A DNA stretch of 64,000 bases. It comes from a virus. Positions 30,764 to 39,731 of the stretch are shown here, piece after piece. Position 1 is the first letter of the stretch. Each line of letters opens with the position of its first letter. Both the position numbers and the translations under genes were made by a program. The stretch lies in IMG/VR virus record IMGVR_UViG_3300044772_000008, one strand, 5' to 3'. A model generated the notes under the pieces. It did not search any database. It saw nothing but the letters and a program-made list of their open reading frames with translations, and had not been told where the DNA came from.

Positions 30764-31159
30764 ATGCCTAGTGAGACTGAAAGGTTCTGGGCCAAAGTCA
30801 ACAAGTCAGAGGACCATTGGCTTTGGACTGGAGCGGTTCAGTCTAACGGGTACGGAACCTTTCACTTTCAGGGTCATCAACATCGTGCACCCAGAATCTC
30901 CTTCTATCTGACCCATGGTCATTGGCCTGAACCCCAAGTAGACCATCTCTGCGCCATACGACTGTGTATACGTCCTGATCACCTTGAAGAGGTAACAGCA
31001 TTTCAGAACATGAGACGTGCCTTTGGTGGAACTGATGCTCACTGCAAGAACGGTCATCCAAGATTTGAAGGCAGTTCGTACAAGGATGGGAGTTGTCGTG
31101 AGTGTCATCGTCAGACGTACACTCAATCCCGACAAGGGAAAATCTTGGAGAACACTTGA
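30764..31159 (+). CDS. HNH homing endonuclease
   Basis: Start refined to the ATG at 30764, 2 nt after the upstream stop. ERFWAKV..HWLWTG..NGYGTFHF ... VDHLCAIRLCIRPDHLEEVT..N. Confidence 0.8.
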   Translation: MPSETERFWAKVNKSEDHWLWTGAVQSNGYGTFHFQGHQHRAPRISFYLTHGHWPEPQVDHLCAIRLCIRPDHLEEVTAFQNMRRAFGGTDAHCKNGHPRFEGSSYKDGSCRECHRQTYTQSRQGKILENT

Positions 31160-31185
31160 GATTGTCCCTTGGGCTCCTATAGAAT
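31156..31185 (+). promoter_or_regulatory. sigma70/SigA-type promoter P10
   Basis: TTGAGA-18 nt-TAGAAT within CTCCTATAGAATAGAA. The -35 overlaps the HNH stop codon. Confidence 0.65.
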
Positions 31186-31242
31186 AGAACTAGTAAGGTA
31201 CACGTTTGCACTAACTTCCCCGCACCGCTTCCGGATATACCT

Positions 31243-32349
31243 TTGCTCTATAGAGTTCCAGGGGGCGACTCGTTGAAGATTTCGATCCACACGTCCGATA
31301 GGACGAACTTCAAACGATGTCGCCAACGATGGGACTTCTCATCCAACATCCGTGGCAACCTCGAACCAAAGAAACCCATCACGCCTCTATGGTTCGGCAC
31401 CGGTATCCACGAGGCTCTCGCAGCCTACTACGATCCGACGACAGGCGAGATCGAGTACTTCAGAAACGGTCAGGGTATCCTAACCAAGAGTGAAGGAAGG
31501 GACCCTGACTACGGGATCTTCGTCTTCGAGAACTTCGTCGGCAGTTGGCTGACTTCTCTGGGAGAGCCTGGCGAAGACCAAATACTCTGGGCCAAAGAGA
31601 ACCTTGAACTCGGTCTCGGCATGCTTGACAACTATTTCAAGTGGGCTCCGAAGAACGACGACTTCGAAGTCATCTGGGTAGAGAGAGAGTACAAAGTAGG
31701 AATCCCCGGCCTGCCCGGGGTTTCTTACTCTTTCCGGTGTGACGGCCTTATCAAGACCAAACACCACACATGGCTTCTCGAGCACAAGACAACCGCACAG
31801 TTCCCAGATCAGACAGAGTGGCTGATGATGGACGACCAGTGCGGCTCGTACCTTTGGGGTCTCTCTCAACTAGACCCACCCATCTTCGCCGAAGGGGTGG
31901 TGTACAATGAGTTGAAGAAGAAGACACCACAGCCACTCCGTCCTCTGCTTGCAGGTGGTTACAGTATCAATCGCAGTCAGGATACTTCTTTCGACATCGC
32001 TCTGACTACACTCCGTAATGAGTACAAGCCGATCCCCAAGAAGTACTGGGACTTCCTTGACTTCCTCAAGTACAAGCCGGACAACTTCATCAAGCGTACT
32101 CCCGTTCGACGTAATCGTCGAGAGATAGAACTCCTGGGGGAGATGCTTCGGTATGAAGTTCTTGACATGGTCAACAATCCGGCCATCTATCGTTCACCCT
32201 CCCGAGTCAACTGTTCTAGTTGTCCATTTGTCGCTCCATGCATCCTCCGCTGGGAAGGTGGCGACGTTCAATCGATCCTTGGCTACGAGTTCAAGGAACG
32301 AGAGTCTTACTACGGGAGTACCTATTCTGATAAGGTGAAGGAGTCGTAG
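31243..32349 (+). CDS. PD-(D/E)xK Cas4/RecB-like exonuclease with Fe-S cysteines
   Basis: FKRCRQRW (N-terminal Cys), FRCDGLIK..WLLEHKT (D..ExK), QCGSYLWG (QxxxY), CSSCPFVAPC (C-terminal Cys triad). The start could be the TTG at 31273. Confidence 0.8.
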   Translation: MLYRVPGGDSLKISIHTSDRTNFKRCRQRWDFSSNIRGNLEPKKPITPLWFGTGIHEALAAYYDPTTGEIEYFRNGQGILTKSEGRDPDYGIFVFENFVGSWLTSLGEPGEDQILWAKENLELGLGMLDNYFKWAPKNDDFEVIWVEREYKVGIPGLPGVSYSFRCDGLIKTKHHTWLLEHKTTAQFPDQTEWLMMDDQCGSYLWGLSQLDPPIFAEGVVYNELKKKTPQPLRPLLAGGYSINRSQDTSFDIALTTLRNEYKPIPKKYWDFLDFLKYKPDNFIKRTPVRRNRREIELLGEMLRYEVLDMVNNPAIYRSPSRVNCSSCPFVAPCILRWEGGDVQSILGYEFKERESYYGSTYSDKVKES

Positions 32350-33224
32350 TGAGTGATCCTCAACCAAGTGGTGAGCAGGTGAACGAACACAGTGTAGTTC
32401 CTGATTCACCTGTGTCTTTAGGCATTACAGAACAAGAGGCCTCCGAAGCGAAGCGCATCATCGCAGGCCTCCCGGTCACTGCAGTAGCACAACGTAGTGA
32501 CTTTGCCAAGATGCTCATCTATGGCGTCCCAGGAGTTGGAAAGACGATGCTCGCGGGTTCGTCAGATGAGGTCGAACGGATGCGTCCAGTCCTGTTCATT
32601 GACATTGAGGGTGGGACTAAGACGATCCGTGACAAGTACCCCGATGTCGAGGTTCTCCGAGTCAAAGATGAGTTCGATGCCAAGGGCCGATTGATGAAGA
32701 CGTCTTGGGAGAGACTCCAGGATGTCTACGAGGACATTCGAAAGGGGGTGCTGCCATACAAGACATATGTCATCGATAGTCTGACAGAGGGCCAGAAGAT
32801 GTCGATGTACTCCGTGATGACACGGACCGTCAAGGGTGATCCAGCCCGCGACCTCGACATCCCAGCACAGCGTGACTGGGGCAAGAGTGGTGAGATGGTG
32901 CGTCGAATGGTCCGAGCCTTCCGTGACCTCGACGCGAACGTCATCTTTACAGCCCTTGAGGCCTCTGACAAGGATCAGCAGACGGGGGCAGTTACGATCA
33001 CGCCGTCACTGCCCGGTAAGTTGCGGTACGAGATATCGGCATTCCTCGACGAAGTACTCTACATGTACACAAAGGTCGAGAAGGATGGAATCATCCGCCG
33101 AGTTCTCACACAACCGACAGGCAAGTTCATTGCCAAGGACCGATCGGGTAAGCTTCCTCAGACCATGGACGATCCGTCTATGACTGAGATTGCTGACCTG
33201 GTCCTCGATCCAAAGGAGAACTGA
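32349..33224 (+). CDS. AAA_24/Sak4-like RecA-fold ATPase
   Basis: MLIYGVPGVGKTMLAGS (Walker A), TYVIDSLTE (Walker B). Sits between the exonuclease and the SSB-like gene. Confidence 0.8.
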   Translation: MSDPQPSGEQVNEHSVVPDSPVSLGITEQEASEAKRIIAGLPVTAVAQRSDFAKMLIYGVPGVGKTMLAGSSDEVERMRPVLFIDIEGGTKTIRDKYPDVEVLRVKDEFDAKGRLMKTSWERLQDVYEDIRKGVLPYKTYVIDSLTEGQKMSMYSVMTRTVKGDPARDLDIPAQRDWGKSGEMVRRMVRAFRDLDANVIFTALEASDKDQQTGAVTITPSLPGKLRYEISAFLDEVLYMYTKVEKDGIIRRVLTQPTGKFIAKDRSGKLPQTMDDPSMTEIADLVLDPKEN

Positions 33225-33225
33225 C

Positions 33226-33654
33226 TTGGGCATTCCTATCCCCGGCGGTTTCGCCGACGTCGAAGATGCATTTGCTCCTCTCCCGCCTGGTACCTACGAC
33301 GCTGTCGTGTTCAAGGGCGAGCTGAAGGAAGCAGGAGAGAACGCCAAGAACCCGGGCTCGCAGTACATCGCCTGGGAATTCAACATCCTGAACGAGGGCT
33401 TCGAGAAGAGGAAGGCATGGATGAACACCTCTCTCGTTCCGAACGCTCTCCCGATGTTGAAGCGTTTTCTGATCGCGGTCGGCTACGAAGAGGAGGAGCT
33501 CAACGCAACCGACTTCGAGATCGACATCGACGAGGTCGTCAGCAAGAACGCTCGGCTTGTTGTCGTCGAGAGCGTCAATCCCAACACGGACGAGAAGACT
33601 CACTCCGTGAAGAGGATCCTACCGGCTGGCGCAGTGGCGTCAGAACTGCCGTAG
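33226..33654 (+). CDS. DUF669-like phage ssDNA-binding protein
   Basis: Start refined to the TTG at 33226, 7 nt after AAAGGAG. PLPPGTYDAVVFKGELKEAGENAKNPGSQYIAWEFNIL is the typical DUF669 N-terminal pattern. Confidence 0.6.
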   Translation: MGIPIPGGFADVEDAFAPLPPGTYDAVVFKGELKEAGENAKNPGSQYIAWEFNILNEGFEKRKAWMNTSLVPNALPMLKRFLIAVGYEEEELNATDFEIDIDEVVSKNARLVVVESVNPNTDEKTHSVKRILPAGAVASELP

Positions 33655-33661
33655 GGAAGAC

Positions 33662-33738
33662 GTAAGAGCGGTATCCGGGCTCGCAGCCTCTCTATCGCTC
33701 TTACACGTGAGGGGGTAGGCCCCGGCTTGCCCCCTCAC
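33662..33738 (+). terminator. two tandem stable hairpins after the recombination operon
   Basis: GTAAGAGCG/CGCTCTTAC (33662-33704) and GTGAGGGGG/CCCCCTCAC (33707-33738). Only a weak T run (CCATTTCGG) follows. Confidence 0.5.
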
Positions 33739-33758
33739 AACCATTTCGGGGAGGATCG

Positions 33759-35951
33759 TTGGAGCTAGTAGTAATCAGTCCTGAAGTGAATAGCGCTCGC
33801 AGTGCTTTCTTCAGGGCCTTATTCGCCAATGAGACAGGGTACGTTTGCTTCGCAACCCGAGTCGGTAAGAGGTTCGAGCAGACGTTCTTCAAGTACCCTG
33901 AACAACTCGGCAACATGCTCGAGTTCGTCAATAGGAACTACCATGGCCAGGATGTCTACTTCTGTCCGCAACTCCTGAGGACCCAGAAGCGGGAGAAGTC
34001 TTCAGTCAAGGTTGCCACCTGTATCTGGTCTGACCTCGATGAGTGTGATCCATCGAACGTTGATCCTCCTCCCTCTTTTGCACTTCGTACTTCTCCAGGA
34101 CGATACCAAGGTTTCTGGCTACTAGAAGAACCTGTCAGTCCTGTTGAAGGCGAGGACGGTAGTCATCGCCTAGCACATATGTACAAGAACTTCGGTGTAG
34201 ACCAGAGTGGTTGGGATTTGACTCAACTGCTGCGAGTGCCTGTAACATACAATCAGAAGTATGCCACTGCAGCGGGGTCCCCTGTTATCGATCTTGACCC
34301 TCGTTACATTTCAGGTACCAGGTACCCCTTCTCCGTGTTCCAAGAGATGCCTCAGGTGCCCGGATACGAGTGGACTGACGAACCGATGCCTAACCTCGAT
34401 GGGCAAGACCCCGATGCTCTCATCGAGAAGTACAAGGACCGACTTGACATTCAAGTTCACGTCCTGTACACGAAGGAACCAATCAACGACTGGTCTGGCT
34501 CACTATGGAACTTAGAGTGCCTCCTGATCGAAGCAGGAGTACCAAAGCAAGATGTTTTTGTCATCTGTAACTCCGCAGCTTGTAACAAGTTCAAGCGCGA
34601 AGGGCTTGACCCATCCTACCTGTGGAGAGATGTGTGTCGAGCCGATGCCCGCATTGGAGCTCGCCTTCAGGAGGTCACTCGACAGCAACCGTTGCCCGAT
34701 CTCTTGACGGATAAAGAACGGGAAATTGTCAAAGGATTATCCGATACATTTGTCGAAGACTACATCAACTGGGCCAAGTCGAGAGGGGACGCAGCATGGC
34801 AATACCACGAAGCGGGTGCGTTTGTCATCCTCAGTCAATTGCTGTCTGGCGTGGTGAAACTCCCTACTTCGTTCGGGATCATTGTGCCGAACCTGTGGTT
34901 CATGATCCTTGCGGATACTACACTGACTCGCAAGTCGACAGCAATGGATATGGCAGTCGAGATGGTACTACAAGTGGATCCGGATGCGGTCTTAGCAACA
35001 GACGGATCGCTGGAAGGTTTGATGACAGGTCTAGCAGCACGGCCTAATCGACCCGGTATCTTCTGGCGAGATGAGTTCAGCGGCCTGTTGGAGATGATCC
35101 GTAAGAAGGACTACTATGCTGGTATGATTGAGTCGATGACGAAATTGTACGACGGCAAGTACCAGAAACGGATGCTGCGTAAAGAGGTCCTGGAGATCCG
35201 GGACCCCATCCTCATCTTCTTCTGCGGTGGCATTCGTACTCGAGTCCTCGCTCTGATGGACATTGAGTACGTCTATTCCGGATTCCTTCCTCGGTTCATC
35301 TTCATTGAGGCTGCCTCGAACATCGACAACTATCGACCAATTGGTCCGATGACAGAGCGTCAAGACGATACAAGACAGAAGCTAGTTCAGGACCTATCCC
35401 GACTGAGAGAGATGTACACAGCCGACGTGATCGTCAAGATAGGCGAGCAGACTGTAACCACAAAGCGACAGTGGGAAGCAGCTCTCGACGAACCAACGTG
35501 GGATCGATACAATGCCTTCGAACAGGCAATGCTCAAGTACGGAACTGAAAGTGGCGCGCCCGAGATCTACACTCCAGTAATGGACCGCCTATCGAAGTCA
35601 ACTCTCAAGGCCTCAATGCTCCTAGCAGCTTGCCGTCAGGAGCCAGTAGGCAATGTCAAGGTCGAGATGGGTGATCTACTTCGTGCCATCTCGTACTGTG
35701 AGCACTGGAGAGTTCATAACCTGGACGTAGCAGCAAACGTCGGGAAGACGTCGAACGAGAAGCAGTTGGATCAGATGTTGACTGCTATCACACGTGAGCC
35801 CGGTGTGCCACGTTCCAAGCTGATGCAGAACTACCACCTCACAGCCAGAGAGGCTGACTGGATCCTAGAAACACTGGACCAGAGAGGTACAATCCGAAGG
35901 ACGAAAAATGGTCGCAGTGAGCGCCTATATCCTGCTCTTATCAAGGGCTAA
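33759..35951 (+). CDS. primase-polymerase (prim-pol) fused to a helicase/DUF3987-like C-terminal region
   Basis: 730 aa. TTG after GGGGAGGATCG. CIWSDLDEC (DxD) and TSPGRYQGFWLL prim-pol motifs. Large alpha/beta C-terminal half and a terminal wHTH-like segment. Confidence 0.75.
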   Translation: MELVVISPEVNSARSAFFRALFANETGYVCFATRVGKRFEQTFFKYPEQLGNMLEFVNRNYHGQDVYFCPQLLRTQKREKSSVKVATCIWSDLDECDPSNVDPPPSFALRTSPGRYQGFWLLEEPVSPVEGEDGSHRLAHMYKNFGVDQSGWDLTQLLRVPVTYNQKYATAAGSPVIDLDPRYISGTRYPFSVFQEMPQVPGYEWTDEPMPNLDGQDPDALIEKYKDRLDIQVHVLYTKEPINDWSGSLWNLECLLIEAGVPKQDVFVICNSAACNKFKREGLDPSYLWRDVCRADARIGARLQEVTRQQPLPDLLTDKEREIVKGLSDTFVEDYINWAKSRGDAAWQYHEAGAFVILSQLLSGVVKLPTSFGIIVPNLWFMILADTTLTRKSTAMDMAVEMVLQVDPDAVLATDGSLEGLMTGLAARPNRPGIFWRDEFSGLLEMIRKKDYYAGMIESMTKLYDGKYQKRMLRKEVLEIRDPILIFFCGGIRTRVLALMDIEYVYSGFLPRFIFIEAASNIDNYRPIGPMTERQDDTRQKLVQDLSRLREMYTADVIVKIGEQTVTTKRQWEAALDEPTWDRYNAFEQAMLKYGTESGAPEIYTPVMDRLSKSTLKASMLLAACRQEPVGNVKVEMGDLLRAISYCEHWRVHNLDVAANVGKTSNEKQLDQMLTAITREPGVPRSKLMQNYHLTAREADWILETLDQRGTIRRTKNGRSERLYPALIKG

Positions 35952-35961
35952 CACAGTCTGG

Positions 35962-36255
35962 ATGGAGCAGGGTGCGTGCCAGAACCAAGATGAGGACGGC
36001 AAGATCTTCTTCCCTGATCCGGGAAACAATGCTGTCATGGCGAAGAAGATGTGTGGGCGTTGTCCCGTTAGGGAGAAGTGTCTCGACTGGTCGATAGAGA
36101 CAAGGCAGATGTACGGAATCTGGGGAGGAGTGTCAGAGAAGAAGCGTCGTCAGATGATGCATCTCCGTTACGGTAGGGCTCCGTACTACACGATTGTAGA
36201 GGAGAGTGATGACGAAGACGTCAGCGTTAGTCCTGCTGTCAGGGGGCTTGGATAG
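35962..36255 (+). CDS. whiB: WhiB-family Fe-S transcription factor
   Basis: Start refined to MEQGAC. C..(28)..CGRCPVREKC plus YGIWGG turn. Its 3' end overlaps queC by 50 nt. Confidence 0.8.
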   Translation: MEQGACQNQDEDGKIFFPDPGNNAVMAKKMCGRCPVREKCLDWSIETRQMYGIWGGVSEKKRRQMMHLRYGRAPYYTIVEESDDEDVSVSPAVRGLG

Positions 36256-36910
36256 CACGACTGCGTTCTACAAGGCAATGTGGGAACGAGACGATGTTCA
36301 AGCCATCTCGTTTGACTACGGACAACGTCACACGAAGGAGATTGAGTCAGCAAAGTACTTCACCCTGTTGCATGACGTACCCTGGAACGTTATCGACCTT
36401 CGTACTCTAGGAGCACTATTGAAAGGGTCCGCACTGAGTGATCCAAACGTTGTAGTCCCTCAAGGCCACTATGCCAAAGAGACAATGAAGCAGACGATCG
36501 TTCCGAACAGGAACTCGATCATGTTGAGCTGCGCTGTCGGAGTCGCTATCGGTCAAGGACTCCAAGAGGTGTGGGCAGCAATGCATGCAGGCGATCATCC
36601 TATCTACCCAGACTGTCGTCCTGAGTTCATAAACAAGCTGAACGAACTCGTTCCAATTGCAACTGAAACTGACGTCAAGGTAGTAGCTCCCTTTATTGAC
36701 TACTCCAAAGACATGATCGTCAGGTTGGGTTCTGACCTAGGTGTCTCTTGGGAGCACACGTGGTCCTGCTACGAAGGTGGGGATGTACACTGTGGCAGGT
36801 GTGGCACCTGTGTCGAGCGTCAAGAAGCTTTCCATCTCGCAGGCGTTCAGGACCCAACTGAGTACACTGACAGCGAGTACTGGAAAACAGAGACCGGTGT
36901 TGTAACATGA
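36206..36910 (+). CDS. queC: 7-cyano-7-deazaguanine (preQ0) synthase
   Basis: LLSGGLDSTT, FDYGQRH, VPNRN, CGRCGTCVERQ. Confidence 0.9.
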   Translation: MMTKTSALVLLSGGLDSTTAFYKAMWERDDVQAISFDYGQRHTKEIESAKYFTLLHDVPWNVIDLRTLGALLKGSALSDPNVVVPQGHYAKETMKQTIVPNRNSIMLSCAVGVAIGQGLQEVWAAMHAGDHPIYPDCRPEFINKLNELVPIATETDVKVVAPFIDYSKDMIVRLGSDLGVSWEHTWSCYEGGDVHCGRCGTCVERQEAFHLAGVQDPTEYTDSEYWKTETGVVT

Positions 36911-37317
36911 TGGAGATCGGCAAGACATTCCAGTTCTCGTCAGGTCATGTTCTGTGGCGAGATGATTGGGACGAAGACATGAATATCAAGGTCTTCGACA
37001 AGTGCTCTCGAGCGCACGGTCACAACTACAGTCTCACAGTAGCAATCTCTGGAGACGTAGATGGGGAAACCGGTATGATCATGAACTACTACCAGCTGAC
37101 GGATATCATCAATGACCGCATCATCGATCTATGGGACCATCGAGTACTCAACGACCTTCAGCCATTTAGCAACGGTGTTCTTCCCACCGCTGAGAACATG
37201 GTCCTAGTCGTACTTGATAGGATGAAGGAAGAGTTCAATCAGACGATGTGGCATCCCACACGAATCCATGTCAAGGAGACAGACAAGACGTACGCAGAAT
37301 GGAGGTTCAGTGATTGA
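36907..37317 (+). CDS. queD: 6-carboxy-5,6,7,8-tetrahydropterin synthase
   Basis: FSSGHVL ... CSRAHGHNYSL ... ETGMIMNY (PTPS/QueD pattern). ATGA overlap with queC. Confidence 0.85.
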   Translation: MMEIGKTFQFSSGHVLWRDDWDEDMNIKVFDKCSRAHGHNYSLTVAISGDVDGETGMIMNYYQLTDIINDRIIDLWDHRVLNDLQPFSNGVLPTAENMVLVVLDRMKEEFNQTMWHPTRIHVKETDKTYAEWRFSD

Positions 37318-37474
37318 AGAAGAACCTGGTAAGCAGATGATCGAGAAGCCACGATGCGCAGTCTGCGGGCACCGTGAAGACGTACACTTCGAAGGCAAGT
37401 GTCTCACGTACGACGACCGTAACGAAGCTGGTACACAGTGTCCGTGCTCCTACTACTCGTCGGTGAAGCCATGA
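37310..37474 (+). CDS. small Cys/His protein inside the deazaguanine operon
   Basis: GTG at 37310 after GGAGG, or ATG at 37337. CAVCGHREDVH ... CPC. Confidence 0.5.
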   Translation: MIEEEPGKQMIEKPRCAVCGHREDVHFEGKCLTYDDRNEAGTQCPCSYYSSVKP

Positions 37475-37797
37475 CCGAGTACGCCCACTCGTTCGGTGTA
37501 CTAGACGTGGTCTCGATGTTGAACCGTCGGGACACTGCTTATGTCCTGCCTACACTAGCACACGCCCTCGAGTGGTGGAGAGTCGTTAGGACCGCCGTGA
37601 ACGAGGAGCACGGCAAGGACTGTGTAACCAATACCAAGACGGCGTGCGTGCTGAGATGCAACCACAGGGCCCTTCGCTTATGGGTCCCGTATGAGCTCGA
37701 TCCAACTCAACCAATGGACTTCGATAACGCGTTCAAGAGCAACTGCGACTTCGTCAGTCCGTACTTCTATCCAAACGAACTGAAGGCGATGGCATAA
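37471..37797 (+). CDS. hypothetical protein inside the deazaguanine operon
   Basis: Start refined to the ATG at 37471 (ATGA overlap). 108 aa. Confidence 0.6.
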   Translation: MTEYAHSFGVLDVVSMLNRRDTAYVLPTLAHALEWWRVVRTAVNEEHGKDCVTNTKTACVLRCNHRALRLWVPYELDPTQPMDFDNAFKSNCDFVSPYFYPNELKAMA

Positions 37798-38042
37798 TGT
37801 ACAGAGTTACGATTCGTATTTCTGACCTCGTCCTAGTCGATCTCACCAGGGAACAGTTTGAACAGTTTCGCGGCAACGGTATTCAGGGGATGCTTCAGCT
37901 ACTTGGGTTCTCAGGACCCTGTTCGGCACGAGCCTTCTGTGACTATCCATACTGTGACAAGGTGATTGAGATCAACACAGACGAAGTAATCAAGCCATCT
38001 CTGTTCGGTCAAGCCTTACCATACACTGCGGAGGCGATATGA
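37797..38042 (+). CDS. hypothetical protein inside the deazaguanine operon
   Basis: 81 aa. TAATG junction with the upstream gene. Confidence 0.6.
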   Translation: MYRVTIRISDLVLVDLTREQFEQFRGNGIQGMLQLLGFSGPCSARAFCDYPYCDKVIEINTDEVIKPSLFGQALPYTAEAI

Positions 38043-38257
38043 AGACATTCGTACTGAGGCGTAATGAAGACTTCACTGGCATCTCAGGTACCGGAGACGT
38101 CGCTGAAGGTGCTGTCTTCAACAGCGGCAAGGTTGTTGTCGCTTGGGATCCAACCATGACCCTTGCAAAGGTAGTCACCGTAGTTGTCTTCGACTCAATT
38201 GAAGACGTCGAGAAGCTACACGGGCACGATGGAGCAACGGAGATAGTCTGGACATGA
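38039..38257 (+). CDS. hypothetical protein inside the deazaguanine operon
   Basis: 72 aa. ATGA overlaps on both sides. Confidence 0.6.
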   Translation: MKTFVLRRNEDFTGISGTGDVAEGAVFNSGKVVVAWDPTMTLAKVVTVVVFDSIEDVEKLHGHDGATEIVWT

Positions 38258-38985
38258 GACTCCTAGAGTTGTACACCACGGTGCAGGGAGAGGGGCCGAA
38301 CGTCGGGAAGCCAACTACCTTCGTTCGTTTCGCTGGGTGCAACATGAGATGTCCGGGTTGGCCATGTGATACGCCTTATGCAATCTTCCCAGAGATTTGG
38401 AGGAAGGAGGCAGAGAACGTTGATCCCAAGGAACTGTTCTTGAGGGTCAAGAGTGAGTCTCCAATGCACGTCTGTATCACCGGAGGCGAGCCCCTCATCC
38501 AGAACCGAAGAGAGCTCACGGAGTTCCTTTGGTTCCTACATAGCAACCGGTACACAGTTGACATCTTTACTAATGGTAGCCGGTCACTATACGGCACTGG
38601 TCCAGACCCAAGCAAAGAGAAGGTCAACTACTTGATGGACCATGTTACATTCATCATGGACTGGAAGCTTCCTGGAAGCGGAGAGCACCAGTCCTTTTTG
38701 GCAGAGCGTCTTTACAACCTAGCACAGTTGCGGCCTAAGGACGCAGTCAAGCTTGTCATCAAGGACGGGAAGGACCTCACGTACGCAGAGGACTACATCG
38801 AACGTTGGCATCATAGTTACCGACCTGAAGAACGAATCGATGCCCAAGTGTACGTCGGTGTCGCTTGGGGCGAGATGAAAGAGTCGGACCTCGTATACTG
38901 GCTGACCCAGAAAGGGTACAACTGGGTGAAGCTGAATGTGCAGGTCCACAAGTTCATCTTTGACCCGAATGCGAGGCGCATCTGA
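38254..38985 (+). CDS. queE: 7-carboxy-7-deazaguanine synthase (radical SAM)
   Basis: VQGEGPNVGKPTTFVRFAGCNMRCPGWPCDTPY, then ITGGEPL. Confidence 0.85.
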   Translation: MRLLELYTTVQGEGPNVGKPTTFVRFAGCNMRCPGWPCDTPYAIFPEIWRKEAENVDPKELFLRVKSESPMHVCITGGEPLIQNRRELTEFLWFLHSNRYTVDIFTNGSRSLYGTGPDPSKEKVNYLMDHVTFIMDWKLPGSGEHQSFLAERLYNLAQLRPKDAVKLVIKDGKDLTYAEDYIERWHHSYRPEERIDAQVYVGVAWGEMKESDLVYWLTQKGYNWVKLNVQVHKFIFDPNARRI

Positions 38986-39299
38986 TGGAGTATATCATCC
39001 AAGGTCGTCGAAGTGGTAAGACGGCGTATCTCATTGAGAAGTTCCTTGAGGACCCAGAACACTCCGTCATCGTCTGCTTCAACCAGATGGAGGCTAGTCG
39101 AATAGTCAGAACTCTGCTTGAACTCAGAGCACCTGAGTTCCAAAAGGAATGGCAGAAGCTACTCCTGAACAATGTCATCACAACTGATAGGGCTGTGCAC
39201 CTAAGAGGTCGCGATGCAAAGGTCTATGTGGACAATCTCGACTACTGGATTCAGTCCTTCTTTGGCAATGTCCAGGCAGTAACGATGACGGAGGAATAA
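38985..39299 (+). CDS. mini P-loop NTPase-like protein
   Basis: 104 aa. QGRRSGKT (Walker A) and KVYVDN (Walker B-like). Confidence 0.55.
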   Translation: MEYIIQGRRSGKTAYLIEKFLEDPEHSVIVCFNQMEASRIVRTLLELRAPEFQKEWQKLLLNNVITTDRAVHLRGRDAKVYVDNLDYWIQSFFGNVQAVTMTEE

Positions 39300-39301
39300 C
39301 G

Positions 39302-39592
39302 GTGGACTGGGTCTCAGCTCCGGAGCTGTTGAGGGACGCTAGTGCTAGAGATGTCCTCAACGGTTGGCACCCACTAGCTGACCTGCCTACTGAACAACAG
39401 AAGAGGCTCGATGCAGCCTTCGACAAGAAGCTGGTAGGCAAGATCAAAGCCCGTAAGAAGGAGGTCATCGAGTACCCTTTCCTGTGTGAGTACGAAGGGT
39501 GCCTCTACATCATTGAGAGTGGGCACCACCGAGGACAGCACTACCGTAGGCATAAGGAGGGGAAACATGGAGTGTGCGAACTGCGGGCATGA
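39302..39592 (+). CDS. hypothetical protein
   Basis: 96 aa, GTG start. His/Arg-rich C-terminus (ESGHHRGQHYRRHKEGKHG). Confidence 0.55.
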   Translation: MDWVSAPELLRDASARDVLNGWHPLADLPTEQQKRLDAAFDKKLVGKIKARKKEVIEYPFLCEYEGCLYIIESGHHRGQHYRRHKEGKHGVCELRA

Positions 39593-39731
39593 TCAGGATG
39601 ACCACAAGTGGTCCGACGAGCGAAGCGAAACTATCTGTACAGGCGATGGACTGTTTGACGATGGAAGCCCTCAATGCGACTGCGATATGTTCGAAGAGGA
39701 AGAGGAAGAGGAAGAGGAGGATGAAGAGTGA
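39567..39731 (+). CDS. small Cys-rich protein with poly-Glu tail
   Basis: ATG after TAAGGAGGGGAAAC. CANCGHDQDDH ... CDCDMFEEEEEEEEEDEE. Confidence 0.55.
   Translation: MECANCGHDQDDHKWSDERSETICTGDGLFDDGSPQCDCDMFEEEEEEEEEDEE

Noticed and set aside
39693-39728. (GAAGAG)n-like microsatellite
   Set aside because: It is in frame and simply encodes the poly-Glu tail of 39567-39731. Similar acidic tails occur at 30010-30030. I treat it as low-complexity coding sequence, not a regulatory repeat.
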